DNA of 32,000 nt from Patescibacteria group bacterium. GTDB lineage: Bacteria; Patescibacteriota; UBA1384; XYA2-FULL-43-10. The translations under genes were made by a program, and so were the position numbers. The stretch spans positions 119,990 through 151,989 of the forward strand of contig JBAYVT010000003.1 in assembly GCA_041674405.1 (NCBI GenBank), given 5' to 3'. Below are positions 23,481 through 30,857 of this stretch, piece after piece (position 1 is the first letter of the stretch; every line of letters starts with the position of its first letter). The notes under the pieces were generated by a model. That model was not told the origin of the DNA. It saw only the letters and a list, made by a program, of their open reading frames with translations, and did no database searches.

Positions 23481-24179
23481 TTAATTTGAACTAGAACTTT
23501 TCTTAAATTTTCTGACCTCTACGATTACCTTCCAAATTATTAGCGCGACGATGAGTAGGAAGAAAAGCCACCGCAAGGTGACAATTTTTATAATCGCACC
23601 GGAGCTGAAGTAACAAACTACACCCCAAAATCCGCACCACAGAACCGTCGCAATAAACGAGTAGACCAAGAACCTTTTAAAAGAATATTTCGTTATCCCG
23701 CAAGTCAGAGATGTGAGAGCGCCAAAGTTTGGATGGCCATACGTGAGCCAAAGCCACTTGTCACCGTGTTTTTCAAGGCTTGTTCTAGTCGACTCAACGC
23801 TATCTTTCAGCCCAAATCGGATAAACGCTTTGTGCAAGCCGTAATATCCGATCCAATAGTTCGCAATGTAAGTGATAATTATTCCCGCCGCAACGGTAAA
23901 AACTACGCCCCAGAGGTTCATCGTCCCCTGCCGACTCATCGCAGCCGCAAGAAGTATTACCGATGAGCCCGGAAAATAAATGTATATTATCGGGATCGAC
24001 TCGATAATGGCAGAAATTAATAAGACTGGGTACCCGTATATTTCGAAATAATGGCGGGCAACACCAACAAGTTCCTGATTTGTGGGTAGCCCTATCACAT
24101 TCCAAACAGCAAAAAGCACGATGATCGATATCAAAAAAATCACTGGAAATGCTAGCGCCTTTGCCATTTTCTTTACCAT
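23481..24179 (-). CDS. DedA/VTT-family membrane protein
   Basis: 232 aa and multi-TM. The IESIPIIYIYFPGSSV segment resembles the DedA E..P...PG motif (from memory). Confidence 0.6.
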   Translation of the reverse strand: MVKKMAKALAFPVIFLISIIVLFAVWNVIGLPTNQELVGVARHYFEIYGYPVLLISAIIESIPIIYIYFPGSSVILLAAAMSRQGTMNLWGVVFTVAAGIIITYIANYWIGYYGLHKAFIRFGLKDSVESTRTSLEKHGDKWLWLTYGHPNFGALTSLTCGITKYSFKRFLVYSFIATVLWCGFWGVVCYFSSGAIIKIVTLRWLFFLLIVALIIWKVIVEVRKFKKSSSSN

Positions 24180-24185
24180 AGAACT

Positions 24186-24194
24186 ATTCTAACA
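24186..24194 (-). promoter_or_regulatory. extended -10 of the DedA-like gene, giving a leaderless mRNA
   Basis: Minus strand reads TGtTAGAAT, then exactly 6 nt to ATG 24179. No SD is present. Confidence 0.4.
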
Positions 24195-24217
24195 TTTTCA
24201 ATATTGGTAATAAACGC

Positions 24218-24246
24218 GGAACGGGCCGAGATTACTCGGTCCGTCC
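24218..24246 (-). terminator. terminator of ORF 24257-24727
   Basis: GGACGGACCGAG pairs with CTCGGCCCGTTCC (one bulge, one mismatch) around loop TAAT, then GCGTTTATT on the minus strand. Confidence 0.55.
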
Positions 24247-24256
24247 GGTACTACTT

Positions 24257-24727
24257 TCATGCGGTGGCAGCCGCCTTCGCAGGCTGATCGAACGATCGCT
24301 CGCCAGCCCAGGCATAAGCCGCCGCAACTGCCTTCTCGCATTCCCACTCAGGCTGGTGTGGGCTTAGAGGCACCCCTCCGCGGGCATGGTCTATTCCCGC
24401 AAGCACGTAATCGTCGAGAGTGCTGTAGTGATGCCACTCTGGAGCAGTACCCCATGGGGTCTGCTCAGCGATAATCGCCAATTCAGCCAAGTTCAGTGCG
24501 GTTGCACACGCACAGAATCGCGCATCATCCTGGGCTATCAAAGCAAGATCGCTGCCCAAGAGGATGGATTCGATATCATCGCGAAGCTGTTGTCCCGACT
24601 GAGAGCCGTCGAGATATGAGTTGTAGGTTGCCCCTCCTAGGGCAAACGCAGTTCGGCACTGGTTGTGTGTAAGAAGTGCTTCCCTCTCCGCGGGATCACT
24701 TGGAAACATCCTAAGAGCGCCCTCCAT
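24257..24727 (-). CDS. hypothetical protein downstream of nadV (high-GC islet 5)
   Basis: 156 aa from ATG 24727, with GAGGAGG 8 nt upstream. It has its own promoter and terminator. No family recognised. Confidence 0.5.
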   Translation of the reverse strand: MEGALRMFPSDPAEREALLTHNQCRTAFALGGATYNSYLDGSQSGQQLRDDIESILLGSDLALIAQDDARFCACATALNLAELAIIAEQTPWGTAPEWHHYSTLDDYVLAGIDHARGGVPLSPHQPEWECEKAVAAAYAWAGERSFDQPAKAAATA

Positions 24728-24765
24728 GCCGACCACCTCCTCGTTGATATCTTGTGGTTAATTAA

Positions 24766-24793
24766 ATAATAGTCCTTGCAACAACAAAGTCAA
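24766..24793 (-). promoter_or_regulatory. candidate promoter of ORF 24257-24727
   Basis: Minus strand reads TTGACT (24793-24788), 16 nt, TATTAT (24771-24766). Confidence 0.5.
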
Positions 24794-24804
24794 ATAACAA
24801 AAGT

Positions 24805-24830
24805 GGCCGTCCCGATTGCTCGGGACGGCC
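24805..24830 (-). terminator. strong terminator of the nadM-nadV operon
   Basis: GGCCGTCCCGA pairs with TCGGGACGGCC, a perfect 11 bp with a 4-nt loop, then ACTTTTGTTATTT on the minus strand. Confidence 0.85.
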
Positions 24831-24878
24831 TTTAGCTCGTTGCTCTGCTTTACAACAGAGCCTGATATTCATGCGCGG

Positions 24879-26270
24879 CTAGATCGCCGCGCGCTCGCGG
24901 ATGTCCGCGAGAGTCTGGTCGATGAGGACCTCGCCATTCCGGAAGACCGGAATGAGAAGATCCTCGTAGCCCTGCACCGACGCGTCCTCTTGGCGCATCG
25001 TCGCATAGGCGTTGTCCTTATCGCAGACCAGGGCCAGCCGCCCGGCCTTCGAGCGCTTGCCCGGGTCAGTGACTGGGTCCTTCATCACGTCCTGCCAGCC
25101 GCCGTCGATCTGGACCGCGCTGCACTTGAAGGCGAACTTGCAGGTATCGCGGTTCATCTTCTGCAGGAGTCCGCCGCCGGAGCCGAAGGCGATGTTGTCA
25201 GCCGACCAGCCGGCAGCCTTCATCGTCTCGAGGATGGACCCAAGCATCGAGAAGTCGATGCCATCGCCCTGGATCACTCGGACTTTCGGGTTCAGGACTT
25301 TGAAGCCCTTGCCATTGACCTCGTAGCCGAAGGCTTCGCCCAGGGCTTCGAGGACATGCGGTACCACCAGGGTGGGGTTGCCGCTGTCCGGCCGGACGAC
25401 CAGGGTACCATCGCGCGAAAGGACCTCGCTCCGAAGCTGCTCGCCCCAGAGGCGGCTGCAGGCTTCGTAGATGTTGTAGCTGTCGGATACCACCGCCACC
25501 AGGCCGGAGGGGAAGGCGCGAAGCATATTGGCATAAGCCGCAACCTCGTTCTCCCGCCCCCACGAAGTGATGGTCGAGTGTTCCGCCGCCGGGATAGAGA
25601 ACCCTGCCATGCGCTCGCAGTAGTACTTGCGTGCCACGCGCAGCGCCTGCATCGTGTCGGTGCCCTGGAAGTTGACCAGATGGGCACAGCCTCCGATGCC
25701 CGCGGACTCGACCGTGGTCGAACCACGGAAGCCGAAGTCATGGAGCTTGAAGTTGATCCCGGCGGGGTCGCCGGTCTCCGTGAGATACCGGAGGATGATC
25801 CGCTTCATCTCGCGGCTCTGCGTCGCTACCGTGCACGGGTACCAGACCTGGCAGAGCAGCGTTTCAAGGTAGTTGGTCAGCCACGGAAGCTCGAGGTCGG
25901 TGTTCACCACCGTCATCATCACGTTGTGAGTTGGCACCGGCGTCCCCTCCGGAATAGCCCGGATCTCGACAGGCAGACACCCGCCGTGGACGTTGACGAT
26001 CCGCTCCCAGCCGGCTTGGTTGAACAGGCTTGTGTTGCCGAAGTGGAGCGCGAACTCCTCGCGCATCTCCTCGATGTCCTCGGCCGATACGACTGGGCCC
26101 GCGAGATAGCGCTTTGCGATGTACTGGAGGCCGAAGAAGACGACCTCCGGGAACTCGCCGCCTCGGCTCTCGTAGAAGGAGTAGACCCTCTGCGTCTGAG
26201 GCGGGTACTGCCGGAAGTGCGTCACCTTGTATGAATCCGTCGCTTCGATTAGGTTGAACTCTTTCATCAT
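24879..26270 (-). CDS. nadV: nicotinamide phosphoribosyltransferase (NAMPT)
   Basis: Motifs ATDSYKVTH, KLHDFGFRGSTT, VRVIQGDGI and AFGSGGGLLQ. The ATG at 26270 is favoured by AAGGA spacing (track start is 26276). GC3 is very high. Confidence 0.92.
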   Translation of the reverse strand: MMKEFNLIEATDSYKVTHFRQYPPQTQRVYSFYESRGGEFPEVVFFGLQYIAKRYLAGPVVSAEDIEEMREEFALHFGNTSLFNQAGWERIVNVHGGCLPVEIRAIPEGTPVPTHNVMMTVVNTDLELPWLTNYLETLLCQVWYPCTVATQSREMKRIILRYLTETGDPAGINFKLHDFGFRGSTTVESAGIGGCAHLVNFQGTDTMQALRVARKYYCERMAGFSIPAAEHSTITSWGRENEVAAYANMLRAFPSGLVAVVSDSYNIYEACSRLWGEQLRSEVLSRDGTLVVRPDSGNPTLVVPHVLEALGEAFGYEVNGKGFKVLNPKVRVIQGDGIDFSMLGSILETMKAAGWSADNIAFGSGGGLLQKMNRDTCKFAFKCSAVQIDGGWQDVMKDPVTDPGKRSKAGRLALVCDKDNAYATMRQEDASVQGYEDLLIPVFRNGEVLIDQTLADIRERAAI

Positions 26271-26297
26271 TCTCATCCTTTCGTCTCTGTTTCAAAT

Positions 26298-27185
26298 CTA
26301 CTTCGCGATGTATGCCTTGAGCATCTTCCCGAGCGGCAGATGATAATCTGCCAGGACCGCCTCAATCTCGTCGATCGGCACCCACGCGACAGCATCGATG
26401 TCGTCTCTCGCCTTGGCGTAGCCCCAGGTCCGGTGAGTGATGAACATGTGAGTCATCACCACATCCGGGGTGCCATGGTAGCGCCAATCGTCGATCTTGG
26501 TCGAGCCAATGTAGATGAAGGGGCCTTCGGTGCAGAGCCCTTCGACTTCCTCGTGGAGTTCACGGCTTGCTGCCGCTTCGAGCGAAGTGTCATCCGGATC
26601 GATGAAGCCACCGACGAAGCACTTCTTGCCCTGCTCGCGACTCTTCGTCGCAAGCAGAACTTCGCCTTCGTCGTTCATGACGGCCACATCGACCGTCACG
26701 TAGACCCGTGGTGTCCGAGTCTCTTCGCGGTAGATGATCCCGGCCCGAAAGTCGGGAGTGACGCTCACCCGCTCAGCGATCTGCGCCCGAGCGGAGGTGC
26801 CGTTGTCGTGGCACCGAGGCTCAAACACCTCAGTCGCGAAGTGTCCACCATAGACCCCAAAGAACGAATCCCTGGAGCCATAGAGGACAACATCGCAGCC
26901 GTGACAACGTTCGGCGATCAGCGCATCGAGCGTCTCCGACCAGTAAGCATCGGAGAGTTGGTCAGGTAGGCCGATGATCTCGACCTCCGGATATGCCTCC
27001 CGCACCATCGCCTCCCGCATGTGATATTCCAGCGGGTTGCGGTTGGTCGGAAGCGAACCGGGGATGCCTAGGACTACGAGCACCCGCTCACATTGCGCAA
27101 GCGCATACTCGATGAGGTCGCAGTGCCCCTGATGAAGCGCGGCGACCTGGAAACGGGCGACGACCACTCCGACTTTCTTGGTCAT
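26298..27185 (-). CDS. nadM: bifunctional NMN adenylyltransferase (NadM type) / ADP-ribose pyrophosphatase (Nudix)
   Basis: The N-terminus VVVARFQVAALHQGH is the (H/T)xGH nucleotidyltransferase motif. The C-terminus has an intact Nudix box, GGFIDPDDTSLEAAASRELHEEVEG. Confidence 0.9.
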   Translation of the reverse strand: MTKKVGVVVARFQVAALHQGHCDLIEYALAQCERVLVVLGIPGSLPTNRNPLEYHMREAMVREAYPEVEIIGLPDQLSDAYWSETLDALIAERCHGCDVVLYGSRDSFFGVYGGHFATEVFEPRCHDNGTSARAQIAERVSVTPDFRAGIIYREETRTPRVYVTVDVAVMNDEGEVLLATKSREQGKKCFVGGFIDPDDTSLEAAASRELHEEVEGLCTEGPFIYIGSTKIDDWRYHGTPDVVMTHMFITHRTWGYAKARDDIDAVAWVPIDEIEAVLADYHLPLGKMLKAYIAK

Positions 27186-27250
27186 TTTCGATCCCTCTTC
27201 CTTTGTTAATGTGCCTCTCGGAAGGACGCTTAACGATTCCCGAGTTACTT

Positions 27251-27267
27251 AGTGTATATGTTACACC
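27251..27267. promoter_or_regulatory. NrtR operator candidate 1 (over the TSS)
   Basis: AGTGT-ATATGTT-ACACc, with a GT-N7-AC core, preceded by CTT. Confidence 0.55.
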
Positions 27268-27275
27268 TTGGCATA

Positions 27276-27304
27276 GTTATACTCTCACCTCGTCTTAGTG
27301 TCAA
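27276..27304 (-). promoter_or_regulatory. nadM-nadV promoter
   Basis: Minus strand reads TTGACA (27304-27299), 17 nt, TATAAC (27281-27276). The -35 lies inside operator 2 and operator 1 covers the TSS. Confidence 0.55.
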
Positions 27305-27313
27305 TGCTACACT
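27297..27313. promoter_or_regulatory. NrtR operator candidate 2 (over the -35)
   Basis: tAGTGT-CAATGCT-ACACTa, with 6-bp perfect arms and a GT-N7-AC core. Confidence 0.6.
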
Positions 27314-27329
27314 ATGTATTATATACACT
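27313..27329. promoter_or_regulatory. weaker third operator-like site
   Basis: taTGT-ATTATAT-ACActa. The TGT-N7-ACA core is conserved but the outer arms are degenerate. Confidence 0.3.
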
Positions 27330-27363
27330 ATCTCCTGGCTTTCATCAGTCCTGGAGCTGATAA

Positions 27364-27388
27364 TAAAAAAATATCCTGCAGGATGTGC
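27364..27388 (-). terminator. nrtR terminator
   Basis: 12-bp palindrome ATCCTGCAGGAT (27373-27384), followed on the minus strand by a run of eight T. Confidence 0.5.
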
Positions 27389-27473
27389 AAGACATTTTTC
27401 AATTATTTACCGGGTTATTTAGAATTTCGATCTAGAACTTAATTGGCTCTTCGTTATTAGATATTAGTTTTAC

Positions 27474-28172
27474 TCAGATTATCTCAATATCCTTTATTGT
27501 TTCGGAGGCGAATTTGTAAAGCTGCGCCGGTCGATATGGTTCCCCGGTTTGCTTCTCGGAGAGTTCCTTAAGGACTTTGATTTTAGCAATTTTTTTACGA
27601 AAATTGCGCTTATCTTGCGGCACCCCCAGAATTTCCTCATATGCCTTCTCAAGCATTCCCAGCGTAAATTCTTTCGGCATTAGTTTCTGTATTAAGGTCG
27701 TGTAGCTAACCCTAGACCTTAGGCGCTTCAAAGCCTCAAAAAGCATCTCGTCGTGATCATATGAGAGCGGCTTAGCATCACCAACTTTAGCCCACCATGA
27801 TTCTGGAGTATCTTTTCTCTCTTTTTCGGAAAGTTTTTCCCATGGCACCATGGCAAGGTATGAAACTGACACCACCCTACCACGTGGATCACGATTCACA
27901 GCACTAAATGTGCGAAGTTGCTCTATATATAACTTTTTTTCAGAAACACCAGCTTTATCTTTGATAATGCGAACCGCCGCCTCTTCTGCTGTTTCCGTGG
28001 GACGGATCAAGCCTCCGGGAAAACCCTTGCTTCCCGCAGGAAATGCCGGCGGGCGATCAACGGCGATCAGGCGAACCACTAGCTCACCATCGCGTAGAGA
28101 AAACAAAACTACGTCGGTGGCAAGCACCGCAAACTTCAAATGTTCAGGTTTTGGACTCGGATATTTCTTCAT
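27474..28172 (-). CDS. nrtR: NrtR, Nudix-related transcriptional regulator of NAD metabolism
   Basis: 232 aa. The Nudix fold has a degenerate box, GGLIRPTETAEEAAVRIIKDKAGV (RE changed to RI, EE changed to KD). The C-terminal wHTH reads FTLGMLEKAYEEILGVPQDKRNFRKKI...YRPAQLYKF. Confidence 0.88.
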   Translation of the reverse strand: MKKYPSPKPEHLKFAVLATDVVLFSLRDGELVVRLIAVDRPPAFPAGSKGFPGGLIRPTETAEEAAVRIIKDKAGVSEKKLYIEQLRTFSAVNRDPRGRVVSVSYLAMVPWEKLSEKERKDTPESWWAKVGDAKPLSYDHDEMLFEALKRLRSRVSYTTLIQKLMPKEFTLGMLEKAYEEILGVPQDKRNFRKKIAKIKVLKELSEKQTGEPYRPAQLYKFASETIKDIEII

Positions 28173-28176
28173 ACTT

Positions 28177-28193
28177 AGTGTTAATAATATGAT
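28177..28193. promoter_or_regulatory. operator half-site over the nrtR -10/TSS (possible autoregulation)
   Basis: It shares the 8-mer CTTAGTGT (28174-28181) with operators 1 and 2. The right arm is degenerate (ATGAT). Confidence 0.3.
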
Positions 28194-28217
28194 AACCCTA
28201 ATTTACCTCTTCGTCAA
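28189..28217 (-). promoter_or_regulatory. candidate nrtR promoter
   Basis: Minus strand reads TTGACG (28217-28212), 17 nt, TATCAT (28194-28189). Confidence 0.5.
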
Positions 28218-28267
28218 TGCGCCTAGGCAGTCTTAAACTGGTGTGATTTTCTCGGTCGAAAATAATT

Positions 28268-29056
28268 TTACTCGTCCTTTTTTTCCTCACTAATTATCCG
28301 CTCTAGTCCATCTCTAGCATTAGACAATTTATTCATTATTTCGATACCGAATCTTTCACACAACATTTTTAAAAGTTTCAGAAAAAAATCAATAGCAACA
28401 ATTAAACCTTCTTCAATATTATTAGCCGACGGTACATCAAGGAAGGTCAAATTTTTGCCTTTCGATTGCACATAATCCCTCAAAGAATTTGCGCTTGGAT
28501 GAGTATATAAGCTCATGACCCAATAGATCTTTTCGTAGCTTTCGGTTTCTCCGATCTCTTCAGCCATATCTTTCATAGACCGTAATGACCAACTTTCCTT
28601 CTTGGTCTTCATGCCCTTTTCCTTCAAACAACGATATTCACGATCTCTTATTTTTGCAGTTTCTTCTCTAACCTCTGGAGTATAAATTTCCTCAAGGCTC
28701 TTTTTTTCAATTCCATTAAGCAGTCCATTATCGATTTTCTTAAAACCATCATAAAAGCCATGATATATAAATAATTTGGATCGGTTTTCTTCATCTTCAT
28801 CCAAGATATATTTAACATTAAGATAATTCTCAAATATTGTTCGAGCTAGAACGATGCAGTCTTCTCCAAAACCATATGATATTAATTTTATCGCTCTTAT
28901 GGTTTTCGAGCTCTTTACTAGAAGGCCAAGAATTACTTGGTCAGTTAAATTATTGCTTAATTTTCCGTCAGTTTGATTTTTAAAATCTTTCTCAAAAAGC
29001 TCCTCTACATCACTTAATAAATTTTGTATCGATTTTAGGTCTTTCATTTCTATCAC
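28268..29056 (-). CDS. hypothetical all-alpha protein, DUF5677-like (from memory); very AT-rich
   Basis: 262 aa. GEDCIVLARTIFENYLNVKYI and WSLRSMKDMAEEIG...YWVMSLYTHPS resemble my recollection of the DUF5677 pattern. The start could be GTG 29056 or ATG 29047. Confidence 0.55.
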   Translation of the reverse strand: MIEMKDLKSIQNLLSDVEELFEKDFKNQTDGKLSNNLTDQVILGLLVKSSKTIRAIKLISYGFGEDCIVLARTIFENYLNVKYILDEDEENRSKLFIYHGFYDGFKKIDNGLLNGIEKKSLEEIYTPEVREETAKIRDREYRCLKEKGMKTKKESWSLRSMKDMAEEIGETESYEKIYWVMSLYTHPSANSLRDYVQSKGKNLTFLDVPSANNIEEGLIVAIDFFLKLLKMLCERFGIEIMNKLSNARDGLERIISEEKKDE

Positions 29057-29213
29057 CGATCCTCTACCTAATCATTTTAAAATACTAGATTATTTGTCTA
29101 TCGTGTGGATTAGGATTAAATTTTTTAATCACTTTAGTTCACAAAAATATTTTTTGCTCATCAATACAATTGACATTTCAATTCTACCACAATGCCAAAA
29201 ATACTGAATCTCA

Positions 29214-29242
29214 TTCACATTCAGCCTCAAATCTGCTAGAAT
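29214..29242 (+). promoter_or_regulatory. candidate promoter of ORF 29283 / ychF
   Basis: TTCACA (29214-29219), 17 nt, TAGAAT (29237-29242). Confidence 0.5.
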
Positions 29243-29282
29243 GAATCTGTTACTGGCGGATCTAACTATCAAGGAGAGACAA

Positions 29283-29642
29283 ATGGACCCAAGGGAACCA
29301 AGAGGCATTCCTACCGAGCCGGAAAGAGATTCTGACGAACCATCATTTGACAGAGAACATATTGAGCGATTATCCAATGCAGAACTAGTTATTGGATATG
29401 TGGTTTTCAATGAGCTATTTGGCATCCTGACCGATCCTTTTACAGCCGAAGATACTTCAGGATTGAGAAAATTACTAGAACACAGGTTGGTCGCCAAAGT
29501 CCAAGCCAGAGAAGAAATAACACCTGCAAATTTTCAGGCGAAATTGCCGTTGCTCACAGAAGAAGTCAAGCGAACAATCGGAATATTTGAGAGCATTCTG
29601 ACCGAGCGAGGATATGACATCAGTGGTCAGGAACAACATTAA
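29283..29642 (+). CDS. hypothetical acidic protein
   Basis: 119 aa from ATG 29283, with RBS AAGGAGAG. The track start at 29241 lies in the promoter. No family recognised. Confidence 0.5.
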   Translation: MDPREPRGIPTEPERDSDEPSFDREHIERLSNAELVIGYVVFNELFGILTDPFTAEDTSGLRKLLEHRLVAKVQAREEITPANFQAKLPLLTEEVKRTIGIFESILTERGYDISGQEQH

Positions 29643-29669
29643 GACGATAAACAAGGAGCGATCATTTCT

Positions 29670-30749
29670 TTGCAAATAGGCATTGTTGGACTTCCTAACG
29701 TAGGTAAATCGACGTTGTTTAACGCCCTTATTTGCGGTGCCAAGGCCGATGCCCAGAATTATCCTTTCTGCACTATTGAGCCGAATGTCGGCGTAGTCGA
29801 GGTGCCGGATGAGCGCCTGAAACCACTTACCGAAATTTCGAAATCGAAGAAAATCGTGCCTACAGTAATCGAATTCGTCGACATCGCCGGTCTGGTCCGT
29901 GGCGCGAACAAGGGAGAGGGACTCGGGAATCAATTCCTTGCCCATATCCGCGAGTGCGATGCGATCGCCATGGTTGTCCGTATGTTCGAGGACCCGAATA
30001 TCGTCCATGTCGAAGGTAAAATTGATCCTGTCGAGGATATCAAAACGATCGAGACCGAGCTTCAGCTGGCTGATATTTCGACTGTTGAGAAGCGCTTATT
30101 TTCTGTTGAAAAAGAACTCAAATCGGGATCGAAGGAAGCCCAAGCAACGCACCATGCGCTGCAGAAGCTCAAAGACGAGCTCTATGCCGGCAAAAACGCC
30201 CGAGCGGCAGGACTTTCCAAGGAAGAAAAAGAAGCGGTTAAAGGGCTTTCTCTTCTAACATCGAAACCTATTCTGTATATAGCCAATTGTTCAGAGGAGC
30301 AACTCAAAAATTGGTCTTCCCTACAGACTAAGGACTACAAACTACCAACTGAATTGATCCCCATTTCTGCCAAGATTGAGAGCGATCTCAATGAGCTTGA
30401 CGAGTCTGAAAAGCAAGAATACCTCGAGACTCTAGGGATGGAAGATTCAGGCCTAAACCGATTGATCAAAGAGGCCTACAAAACACTCGGGCTTATCACC
30501 TATTTCACCTCCGGTGAGCCGGAAACTCGTGCCTGGACGATCAAGGAAGGTACTCTCGCCCCGCAAGCGGCTGGCGTGATCCACACCGATTTTGAGCGTG
30601 GCTTTATTGCCGCTGAAGTGATCCCCTGGCAGGACCTCGTAGCTAATGGTGGCTGGTCCGCGTCTCGCACCAAAGGCCTCGTCCGCACCGAAGGAAAAAC
30701 TTACATCTTCAAAGACGGAGACGTCGCACTATTCAGATTCAATGTGTAA
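29670..30749 (+). CDS. ychF: ribosome-binding ATPase YchF
   Basis: 359 aa with a TTG start. Motifs GIVGLPNVGKSTLFNAL, FVDIAGLVRGA and the C-terminal TGS-like region ERGFI.AEV. Confidence 0.93.
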   Translation: MQIGIVGLPNVGKSTLFNALICGAKADAQNYPFCTIEPNVGVVEVPDERLKPLTEISKSKKIVPTVIEFVDIAGLVRGANKGEGLGNQFLAHIRECDAIAMVVRMFEDPNIVHVEGKIDPVEDIKTIETELQLADISTVEKRLFSVEKELKSGSKEAQATHHALQKLKDELYAGKNARAAGLSKEEKEAVKGLSLLTSKPILYIANCSEEQLKNWSSLQTKDYKLPTELIPISAKIESDLNELDESEKQEYLETLGMEDSGLNRLIKEAYKTLGLITYFTSGEPETRAWTIKEGTLAPQAAGVIHTDFERGFIAAEVIPWQDLVANGGWSASRTKGLVRTEGKTYIFKDGDVALFRFNV

Positions 30750-30766
30750 TCAATAATATTCTTGAC

Positions 30767-30803
30767 AAAATGGCAGAAAATATTGCTTTTACTGCCATTT
30801 TTT
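30767..30803 (+). terminator. ychF terminator
   Basis: AAAATGGCAG (30767-30776) pairs with CTGCCATTTT (30792-30801) around a 15-nt loop, followed by a T-run. Confidence 0.7.
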
Positions 30804-30857
30804 GATAGTGTCTCTGCGAGCGAAGACGTACAAAACTACCCGAAGGGTGTGAACGCA

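Noticed and set aside
24816-26234. 472-aa plus-strand ORF, with several shorter ones (25012-25326, 25627-25872, 26030-26257)
   Set aside because: It is antisense to nadV, whose motifs are unambiguous. Long stop-free antisense frames are expected at this GC3. The translated sequence is Arg/Ala/Pro-rich low-complexity.
26340-26969. 209-aa plus-strand ORF
   Set aside because: It is antisense to nadM-Nudix and is the same kind of high-GC artefact.
27373-27384. Perfect 12-bp palindrome ATCCTGCAGGAT as a regulator or restriction-related site
   Set aside because: It is followed by an 8-T run on the nrtR sense strand, so the simpler reading is the stem of the nrtR terminator.
29104-29112. DnaA-box-like 9-mers (TGTGGATTA here and TTATCCATA at 6436-6444)
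   Set aside because: These are single, one-mismatch occurrences far apart. There is no cluster and no adjacent dnaA or dnaN, so this is not an origin.
29475-30008. 177-aa minus-strand ORF, and ORF 29129-29497
   Set aside because: They overlap ychF and ORF 29283 on the opposite strand. They have no RBS and no recognisable motifs.
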